From a virus (lineage: Duplodnaviria > Caudoviricetes), in the IMG/VR virus record IMGVR_UViG_3300043959_000228: a DNA stretch of 64,000 nt; one strand, 5' to 3'. Positions 59,215 to 64,000 of the stretch are shown here, one piece after another. A model generated the notes under the pieces. It worked only from the letters and a program-made list of their open reading frames with translations. It had not been told where the DNA came from and did no database searches. Position numbers and translations under genes: made by a program. Numbering within the stretch: position 1 is the stretch's first letter; every line of letters starts with the position of its first letter.

Positions 59215-60696
59215 ATGACATTCGACACTATTAAGAGTGAATTGCAATCACGAACGCAATTCAGCCACGTCACCTTCCGTCCTAGTAATAGTGACTTGGG
59301 TTTGTACGTAGTTCTCATCAAAGATGGGTCAATTGTTGGAGCGTATAACACTAACAATAAATTCAGAGCAAATATCAGAGCTGGGTTTAGTCTTGACCCA
59401 GAAATCGTCAAGACATCATTAGATCCAGGAGCTCTTCAAATCAAGTTAGCAGACGACCCTGAGACACTAGCTGATTGGAGGGAGAATTATCTGACAGAGA
59501 CGCTAGCTGAATTATCTAAGATCAACGATGTAGGTTTGACTATTGAGACCGATACTGAACCATTCACGTCAAACGAGGAGTCCATTCTCATTGAGCCTGT
59601 ATCCATTGAGGACATCGAATACGCCGTCAATGATGAGCTCAACGACATTGAGGCGGCTAATCGCAGAATCGGATTGAATGGTCTGCAGGATGTCACTATC
59701 AAGATAATTAACGATTATACGCCGTCAAGTGATGAACAGAAGTTCATTTATCTAGCTACGCAGACCAATGGCAAAAGCTTTAACGATATTCTGAAATTCT
59801 CTAATGGATTCCTATTAAGCAAACTTCTAGAATCAGCTGTAGCATTGACTCTGAATGGATCGATTGAATTTGCTGAGATCCTGTCTGACGGGTCAGTCGG
59901 TGAGAAAGTCGAAATCTCAGCTGAGAAGCCAGAGCCTAAAGTTGATGGTGATTCACTCAGCAAGTACGTTGATGATACGCTTGATGATGGATCTGACAGC
60001 AAGATGGCCGAAGCGATCATTAACGAGGGCCTTCAGGAAGAGGATTACCCTGAACACGATCAATCCAATGATATTCCGATTATTGATCTTCCACAGACTG
60101 ATGACGCCGAACAAGATGAAGAGGTACAGGAACCAGCACAGGTCGATCACAAGGATTCAGATGGTCAGCAATATGACGACGATCTGAGTGTGCCAGTACT
60201 CACGCCAGTTGACATGAATGAAACCGTTAGTGTCGATCAACTGTTACCGCAGGAAGCCGATGAGGATAATCATGAGGACACAGAGAATGCTGATCCAGAT
60301 GACGATTCAGAGGTTGAGTCTATGCTCGATAAGGTTGTTGATACTGCTGATCATGGAGACAATGTTGATGAATTAGTGTCATATGTCGAGCACGCTAAGC
60401 AGAAACTTGTCGAACTGAAGGATCGTAAGGAAGAGGTTGATTCAGACATTAACGACCTACCGGTTGAGGAAGCCGCCAAGATCGATAAGGAGATTGACTC
60501 CTTGAAGGAGGATCGACTCGAATTAGATCGAAGAATCACCGATCTTCGAGCCCAGAAATCAGATATCGATAGTCAGATATCTGACGCCCGTCAAAGGAGA
60601 TCTGATGTTGACGAGGCTCTATCCCATAAGGATGAGTTAGAGGCCGAACAGGCCGAGCTATCTGATAAGATCTCATCATTGGAAAGCGTTCTCTAA
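59215..60696 (+). CDS. acidic protein with a C-terminal coiled coil
   Basis: 493 aa ORF, AAGGAG RBS, heptad pattern at the C-terminus. Confidence 0.75.
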   Translation: MTFDTIKSELQSRTQFSHVTFRPSNSDLGLYVVLIKDGSIVGAYNTNNKFRANIRAGFSLDPEIVKTSLDPGALQIKLADDPETLADWRENYLTETLAELSKINDVGLTIETDTEPFTSNEESILIEPVSIEDIEYAVNDELNDIEAANRRIGLNGLQDVTIKIINDYTPSSDEQKFIYLATQTNGKSFNDILKFSNGFLLSKLLESAVALTLNGSIEFAEILSDGSVGEKVEISAEKPEPKVDGDSLSKYVDDTLDDGSDSKMAEAIINEGLQEEDYPEHDQSNDIPIIDLPQTDDAEQDEEVQEPAQVDHKDSDGQQYDDDLSVPVLTPVDMNETVSVDQLLPQEADEDNHEDTENADPDDDSEVESMLDKVVDTADHGDNVDELVSYVEHAKQKLVELKDRKEEVDSDINDLPVEEAAKIDKEIDSLKEDRLELDRRITDLRAQKSDIDSQISDARQRRSDVDEALSHKDELEAEQAELSDKISSLESVL

Positions 60697-60731
60697 ACAC
60701 TGAGATTCCTTAATTAGATAATGATGAAGAG

Positions 60732-60773
60732 CATATGGCTCCATGGTGACAACAACGACCATGGAGCCATATG
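60732..60773 (+). terminator. hairpin/terminator
   Basis: CATATGGCTCCATGGT / ACCATGGAGCCATATG. Confidence 0.7.
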
Positions 60774-60795
60774 ACGATAATAAAGAGGTCGTACT

Positions 60796-61446
60796 ATGGA
60801 TGAAGATGTAGAACCAGTATACATTAACGTATACACGAGTTTCTTCAAGAAGGATCTTCAGATCTATGCTCTGGGTGATATTCGATTCCAAAAGCCTAAG
60901 AGTATTAAGGCCGTTGGATACACGATTATTCTTATGGCTATCTGGTCATTACCAATGTTAATGCTCATTGGGGCTGACAGAGTATTGTCAAATGTCGTGT
61001 GGACCACCATCGTTGTTGGACCACCAATTCTTTTAGGTATGGTCATGAGTAAACCTGTATTCCATAATAAACCTCTCATAAAGGATCTCGTCAGTATCTT
61101 CAGATACGTTGGACAGGCTAGGAAATACACTGATTTTGTCTCCTATGATTATGGAAAGGACGTCTCAACGAATTTTTCCTTATGGACCGCTGATTGGGAT
61201 TGCTACGGCCAAGAGGAGAAGGATTTTGATGAGCCAGATGGAGGACTACGATCAGCGAAATCACTACGCCGGTCTATGAAACATCAGTCTGTAAGAGCAC
61301 CTAAACAAAAGGCGGCTAAAAGACAGAAACCTCCACGCAATCATAAACAGAAGTCAGATCGCCCGTTGGCTATTCCGTTGAATGATTCGGCGCGAAAGTT
61401 AATAAACGATGCTCAAATAAATCACAATCAATCGGACAATGCATGA
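60796..61446 (+). CDS. TcpE/VirB3-like conjugation membrane protein
   Basis: YTSFFKKDLQIYALGDIRF, two TM helices and KP motif, directly upstream of the VirB4-like ATPase. Confidence 0.65.
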   Translation: MDEDVEPVYINVYTSFFKKDLQIYALGDIRFQKPKSIKAVGYTIILMAIWSLPMLMLIGADRVLSNVVWTTIVVGPPILLGMVMSKPVFHNKPLIKDLVSIFRYVGQARKYTDFVSYDYGKDVSTNFSLWTADWDCYGQEEKDFDEPDGGLRSAKSLRRSMKHQSVRAPKQKAAKRQKPPRNHKQKSDRPLAIPLNDSARKLINDAQINHNQSDNA

Positions 61447-61466
61447 TATAGACATATCTACATCAT

Positions 61467-62690
61467 ATGAGTAATGATAAGAAAACGACGCCATGGAAGG
61501 GCCCTGTCATTGGTTTGAATCAGCAGGGATATCCTACGCCAGTGTTTTTCGACACTCATACAGCAATTAATATGAAATCAAAATCTGGTGGCATTGTTAT
61601 TGTCGGTGCGCCTGGATCTGGTAAGACGCAATTAGGCGAATCATTAGCTGTCATGAGCGGACTCTCTGGTAAGAAGACTATCTATGTCGATCCGAAGAAC
61701 GACGCTGTGGGTCTGAGTGAATTGAAAGACGAGTTTGACGGTCATCTCGATATTAGGGATCTAAATAGTGGTAAGAAGGATGGATCAATGGATCCATTGA
61801 TTACAGAAATAGATCCAGCGAAGAAAGTTGCCAAGACACTGGCACTTATTGAGATTCTCGTCGGGGAACTAAGCGAAGAACAAAAGATATCCTTACCGCC
61901 AATTGTAACTGACGTTGCCTACGGCGATGACCCATCATTGACATTACTCGTCCAACGACTTCAACGTCATAAGGATAATGCATTAGCAGCCATTGGATCG
62001 ACTTTAAGAACAATGGAGATATCGAACCCCATCTCCGGATTACTCTTTAAACGATCGAGAGAGAAAACGGTCATCAAAGACTTTAACGATGGTCTTACCG
62101 TTTTAATCATCCTTGGACTCAAGATGCCATCACCAGGTTCAGATCCTAAGCAATATAAGTCCGAGGAGCGACTATCACTCGGCATTATGTATCTTATCGT
62201 CGAATTCCTTCTGAGCACAATGTCTGATCAGAATCATAAGCTTGAGCCTAAGACCATTCTTATTGATGAGGCTTGGGCGTTCATTGCCTCCGCTGCTGGT
62301 AGGAATGCTGTTAGCAGTATGTTCCGATTAGGCCGTTCCATGAATACAGCCTGCATCCTCATGACGCAGAATTTATCTGATCTTCAGGCACCTGGTGATG
62401 AATCGGAGAATAATTCATTATTGAATTCCGCTGTGACCAAGTTTGCGTTTAGGACAGACGATCCTAACGAAATCAAAAAGCTCTGTGAGAATTTAGGCAT
62501 TAGCTACGCTGCATTTGGAGAGCAATTCCAAGAATTAGAGTCAGGATGCTGTATTATGAAGGATTATTTAGGACGAGTAAGCAGAATATACATCATCCAA
62601 CAGAATGAACGATGGAAACACGCTTTTGAAACGAATCCATTGAAGAAGCAACAGCAACAGGAAGCCATTGCGTCACAGGAGGAAGAGTAA
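61467..62690 (+). CDS. VirB4/TcpF-like conjugative ATPase (ATPase domain only)
   Basis: GAPGSGKT, VDPKND, IDEAW, RLGRSMN, TQ and GCCIMKDYLGR motifs. Confidence 0.85.
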   Translation: MSNDKKTTPWKGPVIGLNQQGYPTPVFFDTHTAINMKSKSGGIVIVGAPGSGKTQLGESLAVMSGLSGKKTIYVDPKNDAVGLSELKDEFDGHLDIRDLNSGKKDGSMDPLITEIDPAKKVAKTLALIEILVGELSEEQKISLPPIVTDVAYGDDPSLTLLVQRLQRHKDNALAAIGSTLRTMEISNPISGLLFKRSREKTVIKDFNDGLTVLIILGLKMPSPGSDPKQYKSEERLSLGIMYLIVEFLLSTMSDQNHKLEPKTILIDEAWAFIASAAGRNAVSSMFRLGRSMNTACILMTQNLSDLQAPGDESENNSLLNSAVTKFAFRTDDPNEIKKLCENLGISYAAFGEQFQELESGCCIMKDYLGRVSRIYIIQQNERWKHAFETNPLKKQQQQEAIASQEEE

Positions 62691-62692
62691 TC

Positions 62693-63547
62693 ATGCCTCG
62701 ACAACGACTTATTAAAACCAAGAAGGACATGATTCTAGCTGGAGTGATCATTATCGTCATTGCCATCTTCGTCATTGTGACTATTGTCTCCTCATTATCG
62801 TCATCATCGTCATCAAAACCATCATATACCATTAGTAAGGATGACAAGACAGCGATGAATACGACCATCACTACATTCATATCAAAGGATGGCACCTTTG
62901 GTCTTGATTGGTCTAAAGTTGATGAGCATGTTGACATCTCGGCTCTCCGCAGCGCTATGATTGTATCTACGTCTACCCGACAAGATATTGATGCTGCATA
63001 TAGCTCACTGGTAACCACAAGAACGATGGCTATAGCGGGACTTCTCCAACAACGTGATAACGGTCATCCTTCAGTTTTATCACCATCAAGTTCTATGGCG
63101 AAATTAGATGGAGATGGTCTTAATGTTTTAAGCGACGCCTTATGGTTGTCGAAGATTGAAACGAGATCATCTGATGTTCATATTCACTGGAATACCGCTC
63201 ATGCTACTGCCGGCGACGATGGAAAGCCTGTAACCAAGGTGACTATAGATTGGACGGCTAATTGGACACGATCAATGAAGACGCCCGACGCCTATAAGAA
63301 TACGACTAAGAGTGATTGGAATGTCACCTCTGATAAGATATCTATGAAGAGTATCGAGGTTACGTTGCAACAAGCGGACAATGGTCATCAATGGCAGGTC
63401 ATCAGTATTAACGATACGAATGGACATACTGATCTTAATGATCATGGCTTCGTGTTAGCGACCGCTGGAGACATATCTTATAATCAGCACGGTATTATAA
63501 CTGCCCATAACGTGAATAAAAACCAAGATAACAACGATGCGAGCTGA
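62693..63547 (+). CDS. bitopic membrane protein in the conjugation cluster
   Basis: N-terminal TM, Ser linker and beta-rich extracellular domain. Confidence 0.7.
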   Translation: MPRQRLIKTKKDMILAGVIIIVIAIFVIVTIVSSLSSSSSSKPSYTISKDDKTAMNTTITTFISKDGTFGLDWSKVDEHVDISALRSAMIVSTSTRQDIDAAYSSLVTTRTMAIAGLLQQRDNGHPSVLSPSSSMAKLDGDGLNVLSDALWLSKIETRSSDVHIHWNTAHATAGDDGKPVTKVTIDWTANWTRSMKTPDAYKNTTKSDWNVTSDKISMKSIEVTLQQADNGHQWQVISINDTNGHTDLNDHGFVLATAGDISYNQHGIITAHNVNKNQDNNDAS

Positions 63548-63548
63548 T

Positions 63549-64000
63549 ATGACGACTACACAATCATCAAATGACCGTTCATCACAGGATTACGATGACA
63601 CGATCAATCGTCTCCAAGCAGAGTTAGATGCTCTGAAGAAGGATAGAACCATCGTACCGTCTATTACGACGGACACTGATGATTTAGACCCTATATCTGA
63701 TGAAGACGAGGCTCTAGATCGTGAAGAAGAAACATCGTCATCCGAGGATCAGGTTGATGATGAATCCGAGCATGAGGAACTCGATGATAGCACATACGAG
63801 GATCTTATTAATGATACTGATCCCAAGGACGATCATGATGAGATGATTCTAGAGTCAGTCGATAACGCCGCTTTCCGAATACTAGGATCAATGGTATATT
63901 ACGATACGAAGAATTGGATCAATCCAGCAACGGGCAAACCGTATAATCGACTGCATCTTAATAAGGACTTGCCTAAATTTACGATCAGACAACATCAAGA
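63549..64000 (+). CDS. acidic hypothetical protein, truncated by the window end
   Basis: Open frame from ATG 63549 (MTTTQSSNDR...) to the window edge. Confidence 0.65.
   Translation, partial: MTTTQSSNDRSSQDYDDTINRLQAELDALKKDRTIVPSITTDTDDLDPISDEDEALDREEETSSSEDQVDDESEHEELDDSTYEDLINDTDPKDDHDEMILESVDNAAFRILGSMVYYDTKNWINPATGKPYNRLHLNKDLPKFTIRQHQ

Noticed and set aside
996-63018. numerous short antisense or overlapping ORFs in the six-frame track
   Set aside because: They are shadows of longer motif-bearing genes and have no RBS or recognisable domains.
1-64000. jumbo phage or prophage identity
   Set aside because: No terminase, capsid, portal or tail genes were recognised, while pilus, VirB4 and sortase-anchored genes are present; it cannot be fully excluded outside the window.

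Overview
This 64-kb window is gene-dense and moderately low in GC. It reads as part of a large actinobacterial conjugative megaplasmid, resembling the bifidobacterial pMP7017 type (inferred from gene content, not from an alignment). It carries its own DNA-maintenance set: type IIA topoisomerase B+A, NAD-dependent ligase, DnaE, NucS, Pif1-like and SNF2-like helicases, and NrdH. It also encodes a sigma-70 factor, a tmRNA, scattered Tad/Flp pilus and TcpE/VirB4 conjugation genes, surface glycosylation genes, a sortase-type CAP protein, xpaC-telA, an ABC transporter and a solo TnpB. No capsid, terminase, tail genes or CRISPR array were seen. Notable unannotated signals: (1) a second promoter class, NATATCT, lying exactly 7 nt before several leaderless start codons and probably read by the element's own sigma factor; (2) a shared N-terminal His/Cys micro-domain on three unrelated proteins, including the ligase; (3) a ParB-N protein paired with a phage-type GT-A glycosyltransferase, a candidate DNA-modification system; (4) three 133-bp dispersed elements with a covarying hairpin whose loop is flipped in one copy; (5) a structured non-coding locus at about 19.7-20.1 kb with a perfect 22-nt match inside an HTH gene 18 kb away.
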